From the NCBI GenBank assembly GCA_964373795.1, contig CAYJVY010000007.1, positions 30,001 to 62,000 on the forward strand: a DNA stretch of 32,000 bases, in the 5' to 3' direction. Shown here piece after piece: positions 24,842 through 32,000 of the stretch (position 1 is the stretch's first letter; every line of letters starts with the position of its first letter). The notes under the pieces were generated by a model. That model was not told the origin of the DNA. It saw only the letters and a list, made by a program, of their open reading frames with translations, and did no database searches. The translations under genes were made by a program, and so were the position numbers. The DNA comes from an uncultured archaeon (lineage in GTDB: Archaea > Iainarchaeota > Iainarchaeia > Iainarchaeales > DATDZZ01).

Positions 24842-25850
24842 GTTTAACAATTTTTTTCACGTTTTGAGCTTCATTTTTATGACAAATTAATATTTTATCA
24901 TTGCTTTCGACAATAATTAAGTTTTTTACACCAATTAATCCAATTAATTTTTTTCCAAAAACGATGTTATTTTTTGATTCAATTGCAATTGTTGGAGCAA
25001 TTAATGTATTTTGATTCTCATCTTTTCCAAATTTTCTTTCCAACGCAGTCCAATCTCCTATGTCATCCCAATCAATTGGCGCTTCAACAACACTTAAATT
25101 TAATTCTTTTTCCATTATCCCATAATCAATTGAAATGTTTTCAAGTCCATTAAAAACTTCTTGCATAATTTTTTCATTAAAATTTGATTGCTTTATTTTC
25201 ATTAAACCTTGATATAAGTTTGGCATGAATTGTTTGAATGATTCAAGTATTACTTTTGCTTTAAAAATAAATATACCTGAATTCCATAAAAAGTTTTTTG
25301 ATTCAATGAATTCTTCAGCTTTTTCTTTATTGGGTTTTTCTACAAATCTTTTTACTTCAAAAAGTTTGTCTTTAATTTTGTTTCCTTTTTCAATATATCC
25401 ATACCCAGTTTCTGGACGAGTAGGAGTTATTCCAATTAAAACAATTTTCCCTTTTTCTGCTTCTTTAAAACCAATTTCTAAGTGTTCAAAATATTTTTTA
25501 TTATCTTTATAAGTATGGTCTGATGTTTCAACTAAAATTGTTGCTTCTGGATTTTCACTTAAAATTTTTATAGCACTTAATCCAATGCAGGCAGCAGTAT
25601 TTTTTGCAATTGGCTCTAAAACAAACTTAGCTCTTGGAACGACTTTTTTAATTGGTTCGAACAAGTTTTTTCCAGTTGAAATAAAAATGTTTTTTTCAGG
25701 AATTAATTGAGTTAATCTTTCAACTGTTTCTTCAATCATTGTTTTTTCAGTGAAAATTTTCAAGCATTGTTTTGGAGTTTCCTTTGTTGAAGCAGGCCAA
25801 AATCTTTCACCAAATCCGCCAGCCATTATAACTACAAATCTATTTTGCAT
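24825..25850 (-). CDS. manC: Mannose-1-phosphate guanylyltransferase (nucleotidyltransferase domain only, no C-terminal PMI cupin)
   Basis: 341 aa. VIMAGGFGERFWPAS, PKQCL, LEPIAKNTAACIGL, SDHTY, GITPTRPETGYGYIEKG. Confidence 0.85.
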   Translation of the reverse strand: MQNRFVVIMAGGFGERFWPASTKETPKQCLKIFTEKTMIEETVERLTQLIPEKNIFISTGKNLFEPIKKVVPRAKFVLEPIAKNTAACIGLSAIKILSENPEATILVETSDHTYKDNKKYFEHLEIGFKEAEKGKIVLIGITPTRPETGYGYIEKGNKIKDKLFEVKRFVEKPNKEKAEEFIESKNFLWNSGIFIFKAKVILESFKQFMPNLYQGLMKIKQSNFNEKIMQEVFNGLENISIDYGIMEKELNLSVVEAPIDWDDIGDWTALERKFGKDENQNTLIAPTIAIESKNNIVFGKKLIGLIGVKNLIIVESNDKILICHKNEAQNVKKIVKLIEKK

Positions 25851-26808
25851 TTACTTTTTCTCTCCAGTAATTCAGTAAGTCTTTTAATGTCTGCTCAAAT
25901 GGGATTTCTGGTTTCCAGCCTGTTTGTTTTATGAATTTAGTTGAATCACATAAAAGTAATGGCACATCACTTGGACGCATTCTTGAAGGATCTTTAACTA
26001 TTTCGATTTTTATCTTTGTTAACTTTAAAAGCATTTGTTGTAGTTCCTTCATTGAATAAGCTTTTCCTGTTCCAATATTATATTCTTCTCCTGGAACCCC
26101 TTTTTCTGCAGCTAAATAATATGCTTTAACAATGTCTCTTACGTCAGTGAAATCTCTTCTTGCATCTAAGTTTCCACAGAATAATTTTGGTTCTCTTTTT
26201 TTTGCTTCAATTTCAGCTATTTGTTTACACCAATTGCTTGCAACATATACTTGTCCTCTTCTAGGCCCTGTGTGATTGAATGCTCTTGTTCTAACTATTT
26301 TTAATCCATAGCTTTTAAAGTATTGATATCCAAATAAATCTGTTGCAACCTTGCTTACTCCGTAAGGACTTAAAGGTCTTAAAGGATTTGATTCTTTTAT
26401 TGGAACCTCATTTTCTAAAACTAATCCATATTCTTCACTTGATCCAGCTAAATGAATTTGTGGATTTAATTCTAGTCTTCTTAATGCTTCAAGCAAGTTA
26501 ACTGTTCCAAAAATATTTGAATTAATTGTTTCGTGTGGAGCAAGCCAAGACTTTGGAACAAATGCTTGAGCAGCTAAATGAAAAACATAATCTGGTTGAG
26601 ATTGTTTTAATGAATCCAAAACAGTATTTTGATCAGTTAAATCACATTCAAATAATTTTACTTTATCTAAAATATGTTTAATGTTGTCTAGTTTTGCATT
26701 ATATGTTCTAATAGTTCCATGTACTTCTCCTAATTTGTTACTCAAAATATAATCAGCTAAATGGCTTCCTGCAAAGCCTGTAATGCCAGTAATAAAAAAT
26801 TTCTTCAT
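25840..26808 (-). CDS. Extended-SDR NDP-sugar dehydratase/reductase, Rmd/GMD-like, paralogue B
   Basis: 322 aa. ITGITGFAGSHL, GSSEEYG, PYGVSKVATDL, FNHTGPRRG, CGNLDARRDFTDVRDIVKAYYL, RPSDVP, TGWKPEIPFE. Overlaps manC by 11 nt and the upstream GT4 gene by 4 nt. Confidence 0.88.
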   Translation of the reverse strand: MKKFFITGITGFAGSHLADYILSNKLGEVHGTIRTYNAKLDNIKHILDKVKLFECDLTDQNTVLDSLKQSQPDYVFHLAAQAFVPKSWLAPHETINSNIFGTVNLLEALRRLELNPQIHLAGSSEEYGLVLENEVPIKESNPLRPLSPYGVSKVATDLFGYQYFKSYGLKIVRTRAFNHTGPRRGQVYVASNWCKQIAEIEAKKREPKLFCGNLDARRDFTDVRDIVKAYYLAAEKGVPGEEYNIGTGKAYSMKELQQMLLKLTKIKIEIVKDPSRMRPSDVPLLLCDSTKFIKQTGWKPEIPFEQTLKDLLNYWREKVNAK

Positions 26809-27932
26809 TTTTCTTCCTCCAGTTCTTTTTCATAAACCTCAATAAATTTATTAATATTTTCTTTCCAATCAAACCTTTTAACAAAGTTTGAAGCATTTAC
26901 GACAATTTTTTGCTTCTCTTTATTGTCTAAATTTATTATTTCATTAATTTTTTTAGCAGCATTTTCATGATTTGAATAATCGACTAAAAAACCATTAGTA
27001 TTATTATTAATTATGGTTCGAAATTGGTTTATATTATTTACGATTGGAATTAATTTTACAGTCATTCCTTCAATTAATGAAATTCCAAAACCTTCAAATT
27101 CTGAAGCCGAAACAAAATATTCCGCTTTTGCAAGTTCTTGTAATAAATCTTTTTCATTTCTTTCACCTAGTAAAAACACGTTTTTTTGTAATTTGTTTTC
27201 TTGAATTAATTCTGTTAACTCGTTAGTTAATCCATGAAAGTCTTTTCCAATTATTTTTAATTTCACGTTTGAATTTAATTTAATCAGTTCTGCAAATGTT
27301 ATAATTAAGTTGTCTACCCGTTTGTTTTTTGAGATTCTTCCAACAAAAATAAACGAATTTTTTTCCTGCTTTTTTTTTAGTTTAAATTTTTCTAGATTGA
27401 ATGGAATTTCAATTACTCCTAAATTTTCTTTCTTAACTATCTTCGAAAAACTTTCAAAATCAGTTTTACCAATAGCTAAAATATGTGACTTGTTTAGTGA
27501 AAACTTTAACCACAAATTAAAATAAATCCATTTTATAATACTTAATTTTCGTGTATGAAATATTCCTCCTCCTGTAGAGACAACTAGTTTTTTCGAATGC
27601 AATCCAAGCAATTTTGTTAAAATTAAATAATCTGCAAAAAAACCCAATCCGTGAATATGGATTAAATCAAATTCTTTTACAAAACTTAAAACCTTTAAAG
27701 CGATTTTATAATATTTTAAATCAATAAAAGGAATTCTGTGAATTTTAATGCCTTCTTCAAAAGATGCCTCTAGCAATATTTCATCCGAGTTATGGCATTT
27801 ATTTAAGCAGACAATTTCTGAATAGATTCCTTTTTTATTTAATTCTTTTGCCAACTCCAATACATATGTTTCAATTCCGCCAATGCATGGAAAAACATGA
27901 TTTGTCACATGTAATACTTTGAATTTTTTCAT
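26805..27932 (-). CDS. GT-B fold glycosyltransferase, family 4-like
   Basis: 375 aa. GGIETYV near the N-terminus, FVGRISKNKRVDNLI, and the EX7E-type region SEFEGFGISLIEGM. Confidence 0.85.
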   Translation of the reverse strand: MKKFKVLHVTNHVFPCIGGIETYVLELAKELNKKGIYSEIVCLNKCHNSDEILLEASFEEGIKIHRIPFIDLKYYKIALKVLSFVKEFDLIHIHGLGFFADYLILTKLLGLHSKKLVVSTGGGIFHTRKLSIIKWIYFNLWLKFSLNKSHILAIGKTDFESFSKIVKKENLGVIEIPFNLEKFKLKKKQEKNSFIFVGRISKNKRVDNLIITFAELIKLNSNVKLKIIGKDFHGLTNELTELIQENKLQKNVFLLGERNEKDLLQELAKAEYFVSASEFEGFGISLIEGMTVKLIPIVNNINQFRTIINNNTNGFLVDYSNHENAAKKINEIINLDNKEKQKIVVNASNFVKRFDWKENINKFIEVYEKELEEEK

Positions 27933-28892
27933 TTAATTCGCCTTCAAATAACCTGTAATTAATCCTGTACAAAAAGCAATTGTTCTAATAAATAACATAA
28001 ATGGACTAATTAGCGCAACTAAAAAATTTTTTTGCAATGCAAATAATGTGAAAGGAATAAAACTCAAAAACAATGCTGTAAACAGAATGAAGACAATCAT
28101 TATTAGGGGTAAATAAATTATTGAAAAAATTAAAAATAATGGAATTAAATATCCTAATAGAATTTGGATTTTCATTAATTGAGGGGTATAAGAATCTTTC
28201 ACAATTTTTTCTTTAAAGTTCTTGTATAATTTTACTCTCCAAAAAGCGCGAAAAAATTTTACTTTAATATATTTCCATAAAGAGGTTGGATGGAAGTGAA
28301 ATACCATTGCCAAGGGGTTAAATATTAGTTTAGCTCCTTTTTTTGCAAGCTTAAAACTTAAATCAGGATCCTCTCCTGAGGCAATAGGGTATGATTCATC
28401 AAATCCTTTTACTTGCATAAATTCTTTTTTTCGGTATGCACAGCAATAACTTCCAATAAAGTCAATGAATTTATTTTTTTTCATTAAATTATATCTGTCT
28501 TCTATTTCTAATTGAATGAAATTAGCTATTAGTGATTTTTGTTTTGTTTTATATGTTCCTTGAACGCCAATTATTTTTTTATCTTTGAATGGTTTTAATA
28601 ATTCTTTTAACATGTTTTTATCCGCTTCGCAATCGGCATCAGTGAATATGATTATTTCTCCATGAGCTTTTAATGCTCCAAGATTTCTTGCAGTAGCTGG
28701 TCCTTTGTTTTTTTGATAAAAATATTTTACTTTTGAAAACTTTTTTACAACTTCTTTTGTTTTATCAGTTGAACCGTCGTCTACCACAATTATTTCAAAT
28801 GGTTCTAGAAAGCTTTGATTTAGCAATGACTTAATGCATGTTTCAATTCTTTTTTCTTCATTAAATGCTGGAACTATAATTGATGCATTCAT
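27933..28892 (-). CDS. GT-A fold glycosyltransferase, family 2, with C-terminal membrane helices (dolichyl-phosphate-sugar-synthase-like architecture)
   Basis: 319 aa. SIIVPAFNEEKRIETCIKSLLNQ, EIIVVDDGSTDKT, FTDADC, GEDPDL, then about three hydrophobic helices. The stop abuts the GT4 start (TAA-ATG on the minus strand). Confidence 0.85.
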   Translation of the reverse strand: MNASIIVPAFNEEKRIETCIKSLLNQSFLEPFEIIVVDDGSTDKTKEVVKKFSKVKYFYQKNKGPATARNLGALKAHGEIIIFTDADCEADKNMLKELLKPFKDKKIIGVQGTYKTKQKSLIANFIQLEIEDRYNLMKKNKFIDFIGSYCCAYRKKEFMQVKGFDESYPIASGEDPDLSFKLAKKGAKLIFNPLAMVFHFHPTSLWKYIKVKFFRAFWRVKLYKNFKEKIVKDSYTPQLMKIQILLGYLIPLFLIFSIIYLPLIMIVFILFTALFLSFIPFTLFALQKNFLVALISPFMLFIRTIAFCTGLITGYLKAN

Positions 28893-28946
28893 ATTTAGAT
28901 CTCAATGAAATTAAATTTAAATCCAAACTAGTACAAAATTAATTCT

Positions 28947-29753
28947 TTAAAGCATTGCTTTTGCTTTTTTAACATCATTTTTTGAGTTAATATTAATGTA
29001 TATTCCTTGAAATGGGTATCCTAAAAGTAATCCTTTTTTTGCTAGTTTTGGAAAAAAATCTTTTTCAATGCTTTTCATGTCTCTTGAAATGTATTTATAT
29101 ATTTCGGGTTCAAATAAAAAATGTCCTGCTGAAACTAAATAGCTTTTAACTTCTTTTTTTGGTTTTTGAATGAATTCCTTTATTTTGTTTCCTTCAAGTA
29201 TTACTACTCCGTAATTTTTTGGATTTGAAACAGTGGTTAACGCAATTGTTGCAATTGAATTATTTTTTTTATGAAAAGTTAGCATGTCATTTAAATTTAG
29301 TGAACAAATGGTGTTTCCATATGAAACCAAAAAAGTGTCATCAAATAATTCTTTTACTTTGAATAATGGCTCCATTGTTCCTTCAGGTTTTTCGTTTAAA
29401 ATAAAGTTAACATTGTACTCTAGCTTTTTTGAAGTTAATTTGTTTTGGATTTCATTTTGTTTAAAATCCAAGTATAATTGAAAATTATTTGCGCCAAACT
29501 CACTTATTCTACTTAATACAGTTTCCAAAACAGTTTTTCCGTTCAAGTCAACTAAAGCAATTGGTTTTTTGTCAACCTCTTCTTTTCCACCAGCTAAAAC
29601 TAAAACGTTTTTTAATTTAAAATCGGTTAAAAATTTTGTTAAAAGATACTCTATTGCTTGACTTCTGCTTCTAATTGTTAATCCATCAATTATTCTATCA
29701 ACTTGTTTTACTACGTCGTTTTTAATTGTAATAGTTATTCTATCGCGTTTCAT
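28947..29753 (-). CDS. Fusion protein: N-terminal ribbon-helix-helix (CopG/NikR-like) DNA-binding domain plus sugar-phosphate nucleotidyltransferase-fold domain with a degenerate signature loop
   Basis: 268 aa. RHH: MKRDRITITIKNDVVKQVDRIIDGLTIRSRSQAIEYLLTKFL (beta-strand, then a NikR-like RS-xAI motif). NTase fold: VLVLAGGKEEVDKKPIALVDLNGKTVLE...NYGVVILEGNKIKEFIQKP...SAGHFLFEPEIYKYI. The canonical GGxGTRLxPLT is replaced by GGKEEVDKKP. Confidence 0.75.
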   Translation of the reverse strand: MKRDRITITIKNDVVKQVDRIIDGLTIRSRSQAIEYLLTKFLTDFKLKNVLVLAGGKEEVDKKPIALVDLNGKTVLETVLSRISEFGANNFQLYLDFKQNEIQNKLTSKKLEYNVNFILNEKPEGTMEPLFKVKELFDDTFLVSYGNTICSLNLNDMLTFHKKNNSIATIALTTVSNPKNYGVVILEGNKIKEFIQKPKKEVKSYLVSAGHFLFEPEIYKYISRDMKSIEKDFFPKLAKKGLLLGYPFQGIYININSKNDVKKAKAML

Positions 29754-29806
29754 TTTTTCACTTTTTCGAGATTTGTATTAATTAAGTTTAAGAACTTCTT
29801 TTACTT

Positions 29807-29825
29807 AATCATACTATATATGATT
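29807..29825. promoter_or_regulatory. Inverted repeat AATCATA-N5-TATGATT in the divergent promoter; candidate RHH operator overlapping TATA-like sequence
   Basis: Seen directly at 29807-29813 and 29819-29825, centred on CTATA. It lies 54 nt upstream of the RHH-NTase ATG (29753) and 68 nt upstream of the ugd TTG (29893). Short AT-rich palindromes are common by chance. Confidence 0.2.
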
Positions 29826-29892
29826 GTTTTATTAATTTAAAGTTTTTCTTAATGGATTGTTTTACTTTTTAATCTTTTTATGAAGTGATTGC

Positions 29893-31191
29893 TTGAAGAT
29901 TTGCGTTATTGGAGTAGGCTATGTAGGATTAGTTGTTGGAACTTGTTTAGCTGAATTAGGAAACGATGTTATTTGTGTTGACTCTGATAAAGACAAAATT
30001 AATAAATTAAATAAAGGAGTTATTCCAATTTATGAGCCAGGATTGAAAGAATTAGTTGATAGAAGTGTTCGAGAAAAAAGATTGTTTTTTTCTATTGATG
30101 CTGATTCAAGTATTCAAAAATCTGGAGTAATTTTTATTGCAGTTGGAACTCCTCAAGGAAGTAAAGGAAAAGCTGATTTAACTAGTATATTCAATGTTGC
30201 TGAAAGAATTGGTCAAAACTTGAATGAATATAAAGTTGTTGTAGTGAAGTCTACAGTGCCTGTTGGAACAACTGAAAAAGTAAGGCAATTAATTAAAAAA
30301 AATTCTTTAAATAAAAATGGGTTCGATGTTGTCTCTAATCCAGAGTTTTTAAGGGAAGGCGAAGCAGTAAACGATTTTTTGTTTCCAGATAGAGTTGTAA
30401 TTGGAGTTGAAAGTGAGAAAGCAAAGAAAAAATTGGAAGAACTTTATAGTGGAATTGTTCGAATTAAAAGGCCTTTAATTATAACTGATGTGAAAAGTGC
30501 TGAAATGATTAAATATGCTGCTAATTCTATGCTTGCAACAAGAATTTCTTTTATGAATGAAATTGCTCGTTTGTGTGAAAAAGTTGGAGCAGACGTTAAA
30601 ATTGTTTCAAAAGGAATTGGCTTGGATTCAAGGATTGGGCCAAGATTTTTGCAAGCAGGAGCAGGTTATGGTGGGAGTTGTTTTCCAAAGGATGTTCAAG
30701 CTTTTATTAAAACAGCTGAGGAGAATGGAATTGAATTCAAAATTTTAAAAGCAGTTGAAAAAGTAAATGAAGAGCAAAAAAAGTCTTTGTTTGAAAAATT
30801 GAAGAAATTTATTCCAAATTTGAATGGAAAAAAAATTGCGTTATGTGGTTTAGCTTTCAAGCCTAAAACTGATGACATTAGAGAAGCTCCTGCGCTTACT
30901 TTAATTAATCAATTATTAAATGAAGGAGCAATTGTTCAAGCCTTTGATCCTGAAGCAGAAAATAATATAAAAAAAGTTTTTCCTCAAATAAAGTGTTGTT
31001 CAACTCCTTATAATGCTCTTGAAGGTTGTTCTGCATTAGTAATTGTAACAGAATGGAATGAATTTAGAAACCTAGATAAAGAAAAAATTAAATCCTTATT
31101 ACTTGAACCAGTAATTGTGGATGGAAGAAATGTTTACGAGCCAAAAGAAATGAAAGAATTGGGGTTTAAGTATGTTGGAATTGGAAGGTGA
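29893..31191 (+). CDS. ugd: UDP-glucose 6-dehydrogenase
   Basis: 432 aa. TTG start preceded by AGTGA. KICVIGVGYVGLVVGTCLAELGNDVICVD, NPEFLREG, GGSCFPKD (catalytic Cys), GLAFKPKTDDIREAP. Confidence 0.93.
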   Translation: MKICVIGVGYVGLVVGTCLAELGNDVICVDSDKDKINKLNKGVIPIYEPGLKELVDRSVREKRLFFSIDADSSIQKSGVIFIAVGTPQGSKGKADLTSIFNVAERIGQNLNEYKVVVVKSTVPVGTTEKVRQLIKKNSLNKNGFDVVSNPEFLREGEAVNDFLFPDRVVIGVESEKAKKKLEELYSGIVRIKRPLIITDVKSAEMIKYAANSMLATRISFMNEIARLCEKVGADVKIVSKGIGLDSRIGPRFLQAGAGYGGSCFPKDVQAFIKTAEENGIEFKILKAVEKVNEEQKKSLFEKLKKFIPNLNGKKIALCGLAFKPKTDDIREAPALTLINQLLNEGAIVQAFDPEAENNIKKVFPQIKCCSTPYNALEGCSALVIVTEWNEFRNLDKEKIKSLLLEPVIVDGRNVYEPKEMKELGFKYVGIGR

Positions 31192-31195
31192 ATAG

Positions 31196-31993
31196 TTGAA
31201 AGCAATTTTATTGGCTGCAGGTTATGCTACTAGAATGTATCCATTAACCTTGAATACTCCTAAGGCTTTGCTTAAAATTGGAGAAAAAACTATTATTGAC
31301 TTCATTATTGAAAAGTTATTAGAAATAGATGTTGATGAAATCTTTATTGTTTCAAATGAAAAATTTTATCCAGAGTTTATTAAATGGAAGGAAAACAGTA
31401 ATTATTCCATTCCAATTCAGGTTTTCAATGATCAAACCAAATCAAATGATGATAAATTGGGTTCTATTGGAGACATTGATTTTGTATTAAAAAAAACAAA
31501 TTTATTTGACAAATTTCTTGTAATTAATGCTGATAACTTGTTTGATTTTAGTTTAATTGAAGTATTTAATTTTTTTAAGAAAAAAAATAAATGTGTTATT
31601 GGATTATATGATGTTGGTTGGCTTGAAGAAGCAAAAAAATTGGGGGTTGTAGAAATTGATAAAAACAATAAATTAATTGGGTTTGAAGAAAAACCGGAAA
31701 ACCCTTCATCTACTTTAGCTTCGACTGGAATTTATTTCTTTCCACCAAATATTGGTGAATTAATCAGGCAATATTTAGAAGAAGGAAATAACCCTGACAA
31801 GTCAGGAAAATTTATTGACTGGCTTTATCAAAGAGAGCCAGTGTATGGAATAGTTTTCAAAGGAAAATGGTTTGATATTGGTTCTTTAGAGTCTTTTGAG
31901 CAGGCAAAAAAAGAGTTTTTAAACAAGACTTCAATGTCAGAAAAAGTTGTAGTTTTAGATGACAAGGAAAAAAGCGGAAGTTTTTTTGATTAA
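31196..31993 (+). CDS. Sugar-1-phosphate nucleotidyltransferase (glucose-1-phosphate thymidylyl/uridylyltransferase-like)
   Basis: 265 aa. TTG start preceded by GGTGA. ILLAAGYATRMYPLTLNTPKALL signature loop, INADNL, GVVEIDKNNKLIGFEEKP, WFDIGS. Confidence 0.85.
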   Translation: MKAILLAAGYATRMYPLTLNTPKALLKIGEKTIIDFIIEKLLEIDVDEIFIVSNEKFYPEFIKWKENSNYSIPIQVFNDQTKSNDDKLGSIGDIDFVLKKTNLFDKFLVINADNLFDFSLIEVFNFFKKKNKCVIGLYDVGWLEEAKKLGVVEIDKNNKLIGFEEKPENPSSTLASTGIYFFPPNIGELIRQYLEEGNNPDKSGKFIDWLYQREPVYGIVFKGKWFDIGSLESFEQAKKEFLNKTSMSEKVVVLDDKEKSGSFFD

Positions 31994-32000
31994 CTTTTTG

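Noticed and set aside
2031-31668. Nested or antisense ORFs of 60-120 aa listed in the track: 2031..2228, 2795..3064, 3374..3595, 3630..3881, 3943..4221, 5161..5355, 9054..9281, 12053..12235, 13331..13591, 14074..14262, 14252..14464, 14874..15068, 18311..18502, 20753..21067, 22935..23300, 23541..23784, 25225..25512, 27013..27525, 29284..29481, 30557..30878 and 31432..31668.
   Set aside because: All lie inside, or antisense to, longer ORFs with strong family signatures, and their translations are low-complexity. This is expected background in AT-rich DNA.
1-32000. CRISPR arrays, transposases, integrases, prophage or toxin-antitoxin/defence modules.
   Set aside because: I saw no regularly spaced direct repeats and no ORF with recombinase, transposase, nuclease-helicase or RT signatures. 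Almost every large ORF has a metabolic or envelope assignment.

Overview
The window is strongly AT-rich (about 30% G+C by eye, not computed) and very gene-dense. It is probably from a small-genome archaeon, possibly DPANN-like. That assignment is inference, based on these observations:
- a geranylgeranyl-reductase family gene
- a TrmB regulator
- a tRNA-Gln(CUG) with an A1-U72 first pair and no encoded CCA
- TATA-like boxes about 27 nt upstream of several start codons
- GGTGA/GGAGG Shine-Dalgarno motifs before operon-internal genes
- a giant N-glycosylation-sequon-rich surface protein.

Content, left to right:
- the 5' part of a P-type cation ATPase (minus strand, runs off the window)
- a carA / TauE-SafE permease / carB operon
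- an orphan gene, then a HAD hydrolase
- a TrmB regulator, divergent from a tightly packed four-gene operon: a small membrane protein, a stand-alone PEP-utilizer phosphohistidine swivel domain, a 360-373-aa orphan, and a membrane-anchored HAD
- a DUF192 protein and a Lys-rich mini-protein
- uppS, tRNA-Gln, a third HAD, MazG and a cupin
- a geranylgeranyl reductase
- a 1097-aa surface glycoprotein candidate
- lemA-htpX
- a roughly 10.7-kb sugar-nucleotide/glycosylation island (21246-31993), interrupted by an MTAP-APRT purine-salvage pair.

I saw no rRNA, CRISPR array, transposase, integrase or reverse transcriptase.

The best candidates for undescribed biology are:
1. the TrmB-linked swivel-domain operon (9.1-11.5 kb)
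2. a ribbon-helix-helix::nucleotidyltransferase fusion heading the glycosylation operon
3. a plant/giant-virus-type NRS/ER-like rhamnose synthase
4. a gutted C-methyltransferase remnant between duplicated Rmd/GMD-like reductases.

All family calls come from motif recognition by eye. No database search was run.
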